From NCBI RefSeq assembly GCF_009914755.1, contig NC_060933.1: DNA of 64,000 bases; one strand, 5' to 3'. Under the pieces are notes generated by a model. It saw only the letters and a list, made by a program, of their open reading frames with translations, was not told the origin of the DNA and made no database searches. Position numbers and translations under genes: made by a program. This DNA is from the human T2T-CHM13v2.0 reference genome, Homo sapiens. Positions 26,871-42,200 of the stretch are shown here, in pieces (position 1 is the stretch's first letter; each line of letters starts with the position of its first letter).

Positions 26871-29800
26871 TCCATTCCATTCCATTCCATTCCATTCCAT
26901 TCCATTCCGGAAGATTCCATTCCATTGCATTCCATTCCATTCCATTCCCCTGCGCTCGCCTTGATTCCATTCCATTCCATTCCATTCCATTCCGTTCCGT
27001 TCCGTTCCGTTCCATTCCATTCCATTCCATTCCATTCCGTTCCGTTCCATTCCATTCCATTCCATTCTATTCGGGTTAATTCCATTCCATTCCATTCCAT
27101 TGCAATCGTGTTGATTCCATTCCATTCCATTCCATTCCATTCCATTCCATTGCACACGGGTTCATTCCATTCCATTCCATTCTATTCCATACCTTTCTAT
27201 TCCATTTCATTCCATTCCATTCTAATCCGTACCATTCCATTCCATCCCATTCCATTCCGTTCCATTCCATGCCATTACACTCGGGTTGATTCCATTCCAT
27301 TCCATTCCATTCCGTTCCGGATGATTCCATTCCATTCCATTCCATTCCATTCCATTCCATTCCATTCCATTCCATTGCACTCGGGTTTATTCCATTCCAT
27401 TCCATTCCATTCCATTCCATTCCATTCCATTCCGGAAGATTCCATTCCATTGCATTCCATTCCATTCCATCTCCCTGCACTCGCGTTGATTCCATTCCAT
27501 TCCATTCCATTCCATTCCATTCCATTCCATTCCTTTCCATTCCATTACGGATGATTCCATTCCATTGCATTCCATTCCATTCCATTCCCCTGTACTCGGG
27601 TTGATTCCATTCCATTCCATTCCAATCCACGCCATTCCACTCGTGTTGATTCCATTCTTTCCATTCCATTCAAGTTGAATCCATTCCATTGCATTCTATT
27701 CCATTCGATTCCATTCGATTGCACTCGGGTTGATTCCATTCCTTTGCATTCCATTCCATTCCATTCCATTCCTTTCCATTCCATTCCATTCCATTCCGTT
27801 CCATTCCATTCCATGCCATTCTATTCGGGTTAATTCCATTCCATTCCATTCCATTCCATTCCATTCCATTCCATTCCATTCCATTCCATTCCAATCGAGT
27901 TGATTGAATTCCATTCCATTCCATTCCATTCCACTCCATTCCAGTCCTTTCCATTACTTTACACTTGGGTTGATTCCATTCTATTCCTTTCCATTCCATT
28001 CCATTCCATTGCAATCGAGTTGATTCCATTGCTTTGCATTCCATTCCATTCCATTCCATTCCGGATGATTCCATTCCATTGCATTCCATTCCATTCCATT
28101 CCAGTTCGTTCCATTCCATTCTATTCCGTACCATTCCATTCCATTCCTTTCCTTTCCATTCCATTCTTTTCCACTCGTGTTGATTCCATTCCTTTCCATT
28201 CCATTCGGTTTGAAGGCATTCCATTCCATTCAATTCCATTCCATTGCATTCCATTCCATTCCATTCTATTCCATTCCATTGCAATCGAGTTGAATCCATT
28301 GCCTTTCATTCCATTCCATTCCATTCCATTCCATTCCGGAAGATTCCATTCCATTACATTCCATTCCATTCCATTCCCCTGCACTCGCGTTGATTCCATT
28401 CCATTCCATTCCATTCCATTCCGTTCCGTTCCATTCCATTCCATTCCATTCCATTCCATTCAGTTCCGTTCCATTCCATTCCATTCCATTCTATTCGGGT
28501 TAATTCCATTCCATTCCATTCGATAGCCATCGTGTTGATTCCATTCCATTCCATTCCATTCCATTCCATTCCATTGCTTTCCATTCCATTACGGATGACT
28601 CCATTCCATTGCATTCCATTCCATTCCATTCCCCTGTACTCGGGTTGATTCCATTCCATTCCATTCCACTCCATTCGGTTCCGTTGCATTCCATTCTATT
28701 GCATTATATTCTATTCGGGTTAATTCCATTCCATTCTATTCCATTCCATTCCATTCCATTCCATTGCAATGGAGTTGATTCCATTCCATTCCATTCCATT
28801 CCGGATGATTCCATTCCATTGCATTCCATTCCATTCCATTCCCCTGCACTCGTGTTGATTCCATTCCATTCCATTCCATTCCATTCCGTTCCATTCCATT
28901 CCATTCCATTCCATTCCGTTTAATTCCATTCCATTCCATTCCATTCCATTCCATTGCAATCGAGTTGTTTCCATTCCATTCCTTTCCATTCCATTCCATT
29001 GCCTTGCATTCCACTCGGGTTGATTCCATTCCCTTCTTTCCACTCCATTACATTCCCTTCCATTCCACTCGGAATGATTGATTCCATTCCATTCCATTCC
29101 ATTTCATTCCATTTCAATCCATTCCAATCCATTCCATTCCATTCCATTCCACTCGAGTTGACTTCATTCCATTCCTTTCCATTCCATTCCATTCCTTTCC
29201 ACTCGAGTTGATTCCATTCCATTCCAATCCATTGTATTCCATTCCATGCGATTCCACTCGGGTTGATTCCATTCCTTTGCATTCCATTCCATTCCATTCC
29301 ATTGCATTCCATTCAATTCCATTCCGTTGCATTCCATTCCATTACATTCGGATTGATTCTATTCAACTCCCTTACTCTCCATTCCATTCCATTCCATTCG
29401 GGTTGTTCCATTCCATTCCATTCCATTCCATTCCGGATGATTCCATTCCATTGCATTCCGTTCCATTACATTCCCCTGCACTCGCGTTGATTCCATTCCA
29501 TTCCATTCCATTCCATTCAATTCCATTCCATTACAATTCTTTCCATTCCATTCTATTCCGTACCATTCCATTCCATTCCATTCTATTCCATTTCATTCCA
29601 TTCAATTCCATTCCATTCCATTCCATTCCGTTCCATTCCGTTCCATTCCATTCCATTCCATTCCATTCGGGTTAATTCCATTCCATTCCATTCCATCCCA
29701 TTCTATTACATTCCATTGCAATCGAGTTGAATCCATTGCATTTCATTCCATTCCATTCCATACCATTCCGTTCCATTCCGGAAGATTCCATTCCATTGCA

Positions 29801-32800
29801 TTCCATTCCATTCCATTCCCCTGCACTCGCGTTGATTCCATTCCATTCCATTCCATTCCATTCCTTTCCATTCCATTCCATTCCGTTCCGTTCCATTCCA
29901 TTCCATTCTATTCGGGTTAATTCCATTCCATTCCATTCGATTGCAATCGAGTTGATTCCATTCCATTCCATTCCATTCCATTCCTTTCCATTCCATTACG
30001 GATGATTCCATTCCATTCCATTCCATTCCATTCCATTCCCCTATACTCGGGTTGATTCCATTCCATTCCATTCCATTCCATTCAATTCCATTCCATTACA
30101 ATTCGTTCCATTCCATTATATTCCGTATCATTCCATTCCTTTCCATACCATTCCATTCTATTCGGATTAATTCCATTCCATGTCATTCCATTCCATTCTA
30201 TTCCATTCCATTGCAATCGAGTTGAATCCATTGCATTTCATTCCATTCCATTCCATTCCATTCCGGAAGTTTCCATTCCATTGCATTCCATTCCATTCCA
30301 TTCCCCTGCACTCGCGTTGATTCCATTCCATTCCATTCCATTCCATTCCGTTCCGTTCCATTCCTTTCCATTCCATTCTATTTGGGTTAATTCCATTCCA
30401 TTCAATTCGATTGCAATCGAGTTGATTCCATTCCATTCCATTCCATTCCATTCCATTCCATTCCTTTCCATTCCATTACGGATGATTCCATTCCATTCCA
30501 TTCCATTCCATTCCATTCCATTCCGTTCCTTTCCATTCCATTCCATTCTATTCGGGTTAATTCCATTCCATTCCATTCCATTCCATTCCATTCTATTCCA
30601 TTCCATTGCAATCGAGTTGAATCCATTGCATTTCATTCCATTCCATTCCATTCCATTCCATTCCGGAAGATTCCATTCCATTGCATTCCATTCCATTCCA
30701 TTCCCCTGCACTCGCGTTGATTCCATTCCATTCCATTCCATTCCATTCCATTCCATCCATTCCATTCCGTTCTGTTCCATTCCATTCCATTCCATTCCAT
30801 TCCATTCCGTTCCGTTCCATTCCATTCCACTCCATTCTATTCGGGTTAATTCCATTCCATTCCATTCGATTGCAATCGAGTTGATTCCATTCCATTCCAT
30901 TCCATTCCATTCCATTCTATTCCATTCCATTCCTTTCCATTCCATTACGGATGATTCCATTCCATTGCATTCCATTCCATTCCATTCCCCTGTACTCGGG
31001 TTGATTCCATTCCATTCCATTCCAATCCACGCCATTCCACTCGTGTTGATTCCATTCTTTCCATTCCATTCAAGTTGAATCCATTCCATTGCATTCTATT
31101 CCATTCGATTCCATTCGATTGCACTCGGGTTGATTCCATTCCATTGCATTCCATTCCATTCCATTCCATTCCTTTCCATTCCATTCCATTCCATTCCGTT
31201 CCATTCCATTCCATGCCTTTCTATTCGGGTTAATTCCATTCCATTCCATTCCATTCCATTCCATTCCATTCCATTCCAATCGAGTTGATTGCATTCCATT
31301 CCATTCCATTCCATTCCATTCCTTTCCATTCCATTCCATTCCGTTCCGTTCCATTCCATTCCATTCTATTCGGGTTAATTCCATTCCATTCCATTCGATT
31401 GCAATCGAGTTGATTCCATTCCATTCCATTCCATTCCATTCCTTTCCATTCCATTACGGATGATTCCATTCCATTCCATTCCATTCCATTCCATTCCATT
31501 CCATTCCATTCCATTCCATTCCATTCCCCTATACTCGGGTTGATTCCATTCCATTCCATTCCAATCCATGCCATTCCACTCGTGTTGATTCCATTCTTTC
31601 CATTCCATTCAAGTTGAATCCATTCCATTGCATTCCATTCCATTCGATTCCATTCGATTGCACTCGGGTTGATTCCATTCCATTGCACTCCATTCCATTC
31701 CATTTCATTCCATTCCATTCCTTTCCATTCCATTCCATTCCATTCCATTCCATTCCATTCCATTGCAATCCAGTTGATTCCATTCCATTCCTTTCCATTC
31801 CATTCCATTGCCTTGCATTCCACTCGGGTTGATTCCATTCCCTTCTTTCCACTCCATTACATTCCCTTCCATTCCACTCGGAATGATTGATTCCATTCCA
31901 TTCCATTCCATTTCATTCCATTGCAATCCATTCCAATCCATTCCATTCCATTCCATTCCACTCGAGTTGATTTCATTCCATTCCATTCCATTCCATTGCA
32001 TTCCATTCCATGGCATTCCACTCGGGTTGATTCCATTCCATTCCATTCCATTCCATTCCATTCCATTCCATTCCATTGCATTCCATTCCATTCCTTTCCC
32101 TACACTCGGGTTGATTCCATTCCATTCCATTCCATTTAATTCCATTCCATTCCATTCCATTCCATTCCAATCCGTTCCATTCCATTCCATTCCATTCCAT
32201 TCCTTTCCGTTCCATTCCATTCCATTCCATTCCACTCGGGTTGATTCCATTCCTTTCCATTCCATTCGGGTTGAATCCAATCCACTCCATTCCATTCCAT
32301 TCAAATCCATTCCATTGCACTCGGGTTGATTCCATTCCATTCCATTCCATTCGATTCGATTCCATTCCATTCCATTCCGTTCAATTCCATTTCATTACGT
32401 TCAGATTGATTCTATTCAATTCCCTTACACTCCATTATATTCCAATCCATTCTGGTTGTTTCCATTCCATTCCATTCCATTTCACTCCATTCCATTGCAC
32501 TCGGTTTGATTCCATTCCATTCCATTCCATTCCATTCCATTCCGGATGATTCCATTCCATTGTATTCCATTCCATTCCATTCCCCTGCACTCAGGTTGAT
32601 TCCATTCCATTCCATTCCACTCCATTCCATTCCGTTCCTTTCCATTCCATTCCATTCCATTCTATTCGGCTTAATTCCATTCCATTCCATTCGATTGCCA
32701 TCGAGTTGATTCCATTCCATTGCATTCCATTCCATTCCATTCCATTCCATTCCTTTCCATTCCATTACGGATGACTCCATTCCATTGCATTCCATTCTAT

Positions 32801-35800
32801 TCCATTCCCCTGTACTCGGGTTCATTCCATTCCATTCCATTCCACTCCATTCGGTTCCGTTGCATTCCATTCTATTGCATTCCATCTATTCGGGTTAATT
32901 CCATTCCATTCTATTCCATTCCATTCCATTCCATTCCATTCCGTTCCATTCCGTTCCATTCCATTCCATTCCATTCTATTCGAGTTAATTCCATTCCATT
33001 CCATTCCATTCCATTCCATTCTATTCCATTCCATTGCAATCGAGTTGAATCCAATGCATTTCATTCCATTCCATTCCATTCCATTCCATTCCGGAAGATT
33101 CCATTCCATTGCATTCCATTCCATTCCATTCCCCTGCACTCGCGTTGATTCCATTCCATTCCATTCCATTCCATTCCATTCCATTCCGTTCCGTTCCGTT
33201 CCGTTCCGTTCCGTTCCGTTCCATTCCATTCCATTCCCTTCCATTCCATTCCGTTCCGTTCCATTCCATTCCATTCCATTCTATTCGGGTTAATTCCATT
33301 CCATTCCATTCGATTGCAATCGTGTTGATTCCATTCAATTCCATTCCATTCCATTCCATTCCATTCCATTCCTTTCCATTCCATTACGGATGATTCCATT
33401 CCATTGCATTCCATTCCATTCCATTCCCCTGTACTCGGGTTGATTCCATTCCATTGCATTCCAATCCATGCCTTTCCACTCGTGTTGATTCCATTCTTTC
33501 CATTCCATTCAAGTTGAATCCATTCCGTTGCATTCCATTCCATTGGATTCCATTCGATTGCACTCGGGTTCATTCCATTCCATTGCATTCCATTCCATTC
33601 CATTCCATTCCATTCCGTTCCTTTCCATTCCATTACATTCGGATTGATTCTATTCACTTCCCTTACACTCCATTACATTCCATTCCATTCGGGTAGTTTC
33701 CATTCCATTCCATTCCATTCCTCTCCATTCCATTGCACTCGGGTTGATTCCATTCCATTGCATTCCATTCCATTCCACTCAATTCCATTACGTTCCATTC
33801 CATTCCATTACATTCGGATTGGTTCTATTCAACTCCGTTAGTCTCCATTACATTCCATTCCATTCGGGTTGTTCCATTCCATTCCATTCCATTCCACTCC
33901 ATTCCATTGCACTCGGGTTGATTCCATTCCATTCCCTTCCATTCCAATCAATTCCATTCCATTCCGGAAGATTCCATTCTTTTGCATTCCATTCCATTCC
34001 GTTCCCCTGCACTCGCGTTAATTCCATTCCATTCCATTCCATTCCATTCCATTCCATTCCTTTCCGTTCCTTTCCATTCCATTCCATTCCATTCCGTTCC
34101 GTTCCGTTCCATTCCATTCCATTCCATTCGGGTTAATTCCATTCCATTGCATTTGATTGCAATCGAGTCGATTCCATTCCATTCCATTCCATTCCATTCC
34201 ATTCCATTCCTTTCCATTCCATTACGGATGATTCCATTCCATTGCATTCCATTCCATTCCATTCCCCTGTACTCGGGTTGATTCCATTCCATTCCATTCC
34301 AATCCATGCCATTCCACTCGTGTTGATTCCATTCTTTCCATTCCATTCAAGTTGAATCCATTCCATTGCTTTCCATTCCATTCCATTCCCCTGCAGTCGG
34401 GTTGATTCCATTCCATTCCATTCCATTCCATTCCATTCCATTCCGTTCCGTTCCATTCCATTCCATTCCTTTCTATTCGGGTTAATTACATTCCATTCCA
34501 TTCCATTCCATTCCACTCCAATCAAGTTGATTCCATTCCATTCCATTCCATTCCATTCCATTCCATTCCACTCCATTCCAGTCCTTTCCATTCCATTCCT
34601 CTCAGGTTGATTCCAATGTATTCCTTTCCATTGTATTCCATTCCATTGCAATCGAGTTGATTCCATTGCTTTGCATTCCATTCCATTCCATTCCATTCCG
34701 GATGATTCCATTCCATTGCATTGCATTCCATTCCATTCCCCTGCACTCGGGTTGATTCCATTCCATTCCACTCCATTCCGTTCCGTTCCATTACCTTCCC
34801 CTGCACTCGGGTTGATTCCATTCCATTCCATTCCATTCCATTCGATTCCATTCCATTCCCCTGCACTCGCGTTGATTCCATTCCATTCCATTCCATTGCA
34901 TTCCATTCCATTCCATTCCATTCGATTCCATTCCTTTCCATTCCAGTCGTTTCCATTCCATTCCACTCGGGTTGATTCCATTCTATTAGTTTCCATTCCA
35001 TTCCATTCCCTTCCATTCCACTCTGGTTGATTCAATTCCTTTCCATTCCACTCAGGTTGATTCCATTCTATTAGTTTCCATTCCATTCCATTCCCTTCCA
35101 TTCCACTCTGGTTGATTCCATTCCTTTCCATTCCACTCGTATACATTCCCTCCTATTCCACTCGGAACGATTCCATTCCATTCCATTCCATTCCATTGCA
35201 TTCCATTCCATTCCATTTCGTTCCATTCCATTCTATTCCGTATCATTCCATTCCATTCCATTCCATTCCATTCCATTCCATTCCATTCCACTCGTGTTGA
35301 TTCCATTGCTTTCCATTCCATTCCGTTTGAAGGCATTCCATTCCATTCCATTCCATTCCATTCCATTCCATTCCATTGTACTCGGGTTTATTCCATTCCA
35401 TTGCATTCCATTCAATTCCATTCCATTCCATTCCATTCCGTTGCATTCCATTCCATTACATTCGGATTGATTCTATTCAACTCCCTTACTCTCCATTACG
35501 TTCCATTCCATTTGGGTTGTTCCATTCCATTCCATTCCATTCCACTCCATTCCATTGCACTCGGGTTGATTCCATTCCATTCCATTCCATTCCATTCCAT
35601 TCCGGATGATTCCATTCCATTGCATTCCGTTCCATTACATTCCCCTGCACTCGCGTTGATTCCATTCCTTTCCATTCCATTCCATTCAATTCCATTCCAT
35701 TACAATTCGTTCCATTCCATTCTATTCCGTACCATTCCATTCCATTCCATACCATTCCATTCCATTCCATTCCATTCCATTCCGTTCCATTCCATTCCAT

Positions 35801-38800
35801 TCCATTCTATTCCGGTTAATTCCATTCCATTCCATTCCATTCCATTCCATTCTATTCCATTCCATTGCAATCGAGTTGAATCCATTGCATTTCATTCCAT
35901 TCCATTCCATTCCATTCCATTCCGGAAGATTCCATTCCATTGCATTCCATTCCATTCCATTCCCCTGCACTCGCGTTCATTCCATTCCATTCCATTCCAT
36001 TCCATTCCATCCATTCCGTTCCGTTCCGTTCCATTCCATTCCATTCCATTCCGTTCCGTTCCATTCCATTCCATTCCATTCTATTCGGGTTAATTCCATT
36101 CCATTCCATTCGATTGCAATCGACTTGATTCCATTCCATTCCATTCCATTCCATTCCATTCCATTCTTTCCATTCCATTACGGATGATTCCATTCCATTG
36201 CATTCCATTCCAATCCATTCCCCTGTACTCGGGTTGATTCCATTCCATTCCATTCCAATCCATACCATTCCACTCGTGTTGATTCCATTCTTTCCATTCC
36301 ATTCAAGTTGAATCCATTCCATTGCATTCCATTCCATTCGATTCCATTCGATTGCACTCGGGTTGATTCCATTCCATTGCATTCCATTTCATTCCATTTC
36401 ATTCCATTCCATTCCTTTCCATTCCATTCCTTTCCAATCCATTCCATTCCATTTCAATCGCGTTGATTCCATTCCATTCCTTTCCATTCCATTCAATTGC
36501 CTTGCATTCCACTCGGGTTGATTCCATTCCCTTCTTTCCACTCCATTACATTCCCTTCCATTCCACTCGGAATGATTGATTCCATTCCATTCCATTCCAT
36601 TTAATTCCATTGCAATCCATTCCAATCCATTCCATTCCATTCCATTCCACTCGAGTTGATTTCATTCCATTCCATTCCATTCCATTCCACTCCATTCCAG
36701 TCCTTTCCATTCCATTCCACTCGCGTTGATTCCAAAGTATTCCTTTCCATTCCATTCCATTCCATTGCAATCGAGTTGATTCCATTGCTTTGCATTCCAT
36801 TCCATTCCATTCCATTCCGGGTGATTCCATTCCATTGCATTCCATTCCATTCCATTCCCCTGCACTCGGGTTGATTCCATTCCATTCCACTCCATTCCGT
36901 TCCATTCCATTCCATTCCACTGTATTCGGGTTAATTCCATTCCATTCCATTCCATTCCATTCCATTCCATTACAATCGAGTTGATTCCATTCCATTCCAT
37001 TCCATTCCAGTCCTTTCCATTCCATTCCACTCGGGTTGATTCCATTCTATTAGTTTCCATTCCATTCCATTCCCTTCCATTCCACTCTGGTTGATACCAT
37101 TCCTTTCCATTCCACTCGAACACATTCCCTCCTATTCCACTCGGAACGATTCCATTCCATTCCATTCCATTCCATTCCATTCCATTCCATTCCATTCCAT
37201 TCCACTTCGTTCCATTCCATTCTATTCCGTATCATTCCATTCCATTCCATTCCATTCCATTGTACTCGGGTTGATTCAATTCCATTGCATTCCATTCCAT
37301 TCCATTCCATTCCATTCCGTTGCATTCCATTCCATTACATTCGGATTGATTCTATTCAACTCCCTTACTCTCCATTACATTCCATTCCATTCGGGTTGTT
37401 CCATTCCATTCCATTCCATTCCACTCCATTCCATTGCACTCGGGTTGATTCCATTCCATTCCATTCCATTCCATTCCATTCCATTCCAATCCGGATGATT
37501 CCATTCCATTGCATTCCGTTCCATTACATTCCCCTGCACTCGCATTGATTCCATTCCATTCCATTCAATTCCATTCCATTACACTTCGCTCCATTCCATT
37601 CTATTCCGTATCATTCCATTCCATTCCATACCATTCCATTCCATTCCATTCCATTCCATTCCGTTCCGTTCCATTCCGTTCCATTCCATTCCATTCCATT
37701 CTATTCGAATTAATTCCATTCCATTCCATTCCATTCCATTCTATTCCATTCCATTGCAATCGAGTTGAATCCATTGCATTTCATTCCATTCCATTCCATT
37801 CCATTCCATTCCATTCCGGAAGATTCAATTCCATTGCATTCCATTCCATTCCATTCCCCTGCACTCGCGTTGATTCCATTCCATTCCATTCCATTCCATT
37901 CCATTCCATTCCGTTCCGTTCCGTTCCATTCCATTCCATTCCATTCCATTCCGTTCCGTTCCTTTCCATTCCATTCCATTCTATTCGGGTTAATTCCATT
38001 CCATTCCATTCGATTGCAATCGAGTTGATTCCATTCCATTCCATTCCATTCCATTCCACTCCATTCCATTCCATTCCTTTCCATTCCATTACGGATGATT
38101 CCATTCCATTGCATTCCATTCCATTCCATTCCTCTGTACTCGGGTTGATTCCATTCCATTCCATTCCAATCCATGCCATTCCACTCGTGTTGATTCCATT
38201 CTTTCCATTCCATTCAAGTTGAATCCATTCCATTGCATTCCATTCCATTCGATTCCATTCGATTGCACTCGGGTTGATTCCATTCCATTGCATTCCATTC
38301 CATTCCATTCCATTCCATTCCGTTCCATTCCATTCCGTTCCATTCCATTCCATTACATTCGGATTGATTCTACTCAATTCCCTTACACTCCATTACATTC
38401 CATTCCATTCGGGTAGTTTCCATTCCATTCCATTCCATTCCTCTCTATTCCATTGAACTCTGGTTGATTCCATTCCATTGCATTCCATTCCATTCCATTC
38501 AATTCCATTCCGTTCCATTCCATTCCATTATATTCGGATTTATTCTATTCAACTCCCTTACTCTCCATTACATTCCATTCCATTCGTGTTGTTCCATTCC
38601 ATTCCATTCCATTCCACTCCATTCCATTGCACTCGGGTTTATTCCATTCCATTCCATTCCATTCCGGAAGATTCCATTCCATTGCATTCCATTCCATTCC
38701 ATTCCCCTGCACTCGCGTTGATTCCATTCCATTCCATTCCATTCCATTCCATTGCATTCCATTCCATTCCATTCCATTCCATTCCATTCCTTTCCGTTCC

Positions 38801-39229
38801 ATTCCATTCCATTCCATTCCATTCCATTCCTTTCCAATCCATTCCATTCCGTTCCGTTCCGTTGCATTCCATTCCATTCCATTCTATTCGGGTTAATTCC
38901 ATTCCATTCCATTCGATTGCAATCGAGTTGATTCCATTCCATTCCATTCCATTCCATTCCATTCCATTCCATTCCTTTCCATTCCATTACGGATGATTCC
39001 ATTCAATTGCATTCCATTCCATTCCATTCCCCTGTACTCGGGTTGATTCCATTCCATTCCATTCCAATCCATGCCATTCCACTCGTGTTGATTCCATTCT
39101 TTCCATTCCATTCAAGTTGAATCCATTCCATTGCATTCCATTCCATTCCATTCCCCTGCAGTCGGGTTGTTTCCATTCCATTCCATTCCATTCCCTTCCA
39201 TTCCACAATCGTAGATTCTATTCCTTTCC

Positions 39230-42200
39230 ATTCCACTCGAATACATTTCCTCCTATTCCACTCGGAACGATTCCATTCCATTCCATTCCATTCCATTCCA
39301 TTCCATTCCATTCCATTTCGTTCCATTCCATTCTATTCCGTATCATTCCATTCCATTCCGTTCCATTCCATTCCATTCCATTCCACTCGTGTTGATTCCA
39401 TTCCTTTCCATTCCATTCGGTTTGAAGGCATTCCATTCCATTCCATTCCATTCCATTCCATTCCATTCCATTCCATTGTACTCGGGTTGATTCCATTCCA
39501 TTGCATTCCATTCCATTCCATTCCATTCCATTCCGTTGCATTCCATTCCATTACATTCGGATTGATTCTATTCAACTCCCTTACTCTCCATTACATTCCA
39601 TTCCATTCGGGTTGTTCCATTCCATTCCATTCCATTCCACTCCATTCCATTGCACTAGGGTTGATTCCATTCCATTCCATTCCATTCCATTCCAGATGAT
39701 TCCATTCCATTGCATTCCGTTCCATTACTTTCCCCTGCACTCGCGTTGATTCCATTCCATTCCATTCAATTCCATTCCATTACAATTCGTTCCATTCCAT
39801 TCTATTCCGTACCATTCCATTCCATTCCATACCATTCCATTCCATTCCATTCCATTCCATTCCACTCGTGTTGATTCCATTCCTTTCCATTCCATTCGGT
39901 TTGAAGGCATTCCATTCCATTCCATTCCATTCCATTCCATTCCATTCCATTCTATTCCATTCCATTGCAATCGAGTTGAATCCATTGCATTTCATTCCAT
40001 TCCATTCCATTCCGGAAAATTCCATACCATTGCATTCCATTCCATTCCATTCCCCTGCACTCGCATTGATTCCATTCCATTCCATTCCATTCCATTCCAT
40101 TCCATTCCGTTCCGTTCCATTCCATTCCATTCCATTCCATTCCATTCCATTCCATTCCGTTCCATTCCATTCCATTCCATTCTATTCGGGTTAATTCCAT
40201 TCCATTCCATTGGATTGCAATCGAGTTGATTCCATTCCATTCCATTCCATTCCATTCCTTTCCATTCCTTTCCATTCCATTACGGATGATTCCATTCCAT
40301 TGCATTCCATTCCATTCCATTCCCCTGTACTCGGGTTGATTCCATTCCATTCCATTCCAATCCATGCCATTCCACTCGTGTTGATTCCATTCTTTCCATT
40401 CCATTCAAGTTGAATCCATTCCATTGCATTCCCTTCCATTCGATTCCATTCGACTGCACTCGGGTTGATTCCATTCCATTGCATTCCATTCCATTCTATT
40501 CCATTCCATTCCATTCCGTTCCATTCCATTCCGTTACATTCGGATTGATTCTATTCAATTCCCTTACACTTCATTACATTCCATTCCATTCGGGTAGTTT
40601 CCACTCCATTCCTTTCCATTCCTCTCCATTCCATTGCACTCGGGTTGATTCCATTCCATTGCATTCCATTCCATTCCATTCAATTCCATTCCGTTCCATT
40701 CCATTCCATTACATTCGGATTGATTCTATTCAACTCCCTTACTCTCCATTACATTCGATTCCATTCGGGTTGTTCCATTCCATTCCATTCCATTCCACTC
40801 CATTCCATTGCACTCGGGTTGATTCCATTCCATTCCATTCCATTCCGGAAGATTCCATTCCATTACATTCCATTATATTCCATTCCCCTGCACTCGCGTT
40901 GATTCCATTCCATTCCATTCCATTCCATTCCATTCCATTCCATTCCATTCCTTTCCGTTCCATTCCATTCCATTCCATTCCGTTCCGTTCCGTTCCGTTC
41001 CTTTCCATTCCATTCCATTCCATTCTATTCGGGTTAATTCCATTCCATTCCATTCGATTGCAATCGAGTTGATTCCATTCCGTTCCTTTCCTTTCCATTC
41101 CATTCCATTCTATTCGGGTTAATTCCATTCCCTTCCATTCCACTCTGGTTGATACCATTCCTTTCCATTCCACTCGAATACATTCCTTCCTATTCCACTC
41201 GGAACGATTCCATTCCATTCCATTCCATTCCATTCCATTCCATTCCATACCATTCCGTTCCGTTCCATTCCATTCCATTCCATTCCATTCCATTCCATTC
41301 CGTTCCGTTCCGTTCCGTTCCGTTCCGTTCCATTCCATTCCATTCCATTCTATTCGGGTTAATTCCAATCCATTCCATTCGATTGCAATCGAGTTGATTC
41401 CATTCCATTCCATTCCATTCCATTCCATTCCTTTCCATTCCATTACGGATGATTCCATTCCATTGCATTCCATTCCATTCCATTCCCCTGTACTCGGGTT
41501 GATTCCATTCCATTCCATTCCAATCCATGCCATTCCACTCGTGTTGATTCCATTCTTTCCATTCCATTCAAGTTGAATCCATTCCATTGCATTCCCTTCC
41601 ATTCCATTCCCCTGCAGTCGGGTTGATTCCATTCCATTCCATTCCATTCCATTCCATTCCATTCCGTTCCGTTCCGTTCCATTCCATTCCATTCCATTCT
41701 ATTCGGGTTAATTCCATTCCATTCCATTCCATTCCATTCCATTCCATTCCAATCGAGTTGATTCCATTCCATTCCATTCCATTCCACTCCATTCCTTTCC
41801 ATTCCATTCCATTCCATTGTATTCGGGTTAATTCCATTCCATTCCATTCCATTCCATTCCATTCCATTCCATTACAACGGAGTTGATTCCATTCCATTCC
41901 ATTCCATTCCATTCCATTCCATTCCATTCCATTCCATTCTTTCCATTCCATTCCACTCTGGTTGATTCCATTCCTTTCCATTCCACTCGAATACATTCCC
42001 TCCTATTCCACTCGGAACGATTCCATTCCATTCCATTCCATTCCATTCCATTCCATTCCATTCCATTCCACTTCGTTCCATTCCATTCTATTCCGTATCA
42101 TTCCATTCCATTCCGTTCCATTCCATTCCATTCCATTCCACTCGTGTTGATTCCATTCCTTTCCATTCCATTCGGTTTGAAGGCATTCCATTCCATTCCA

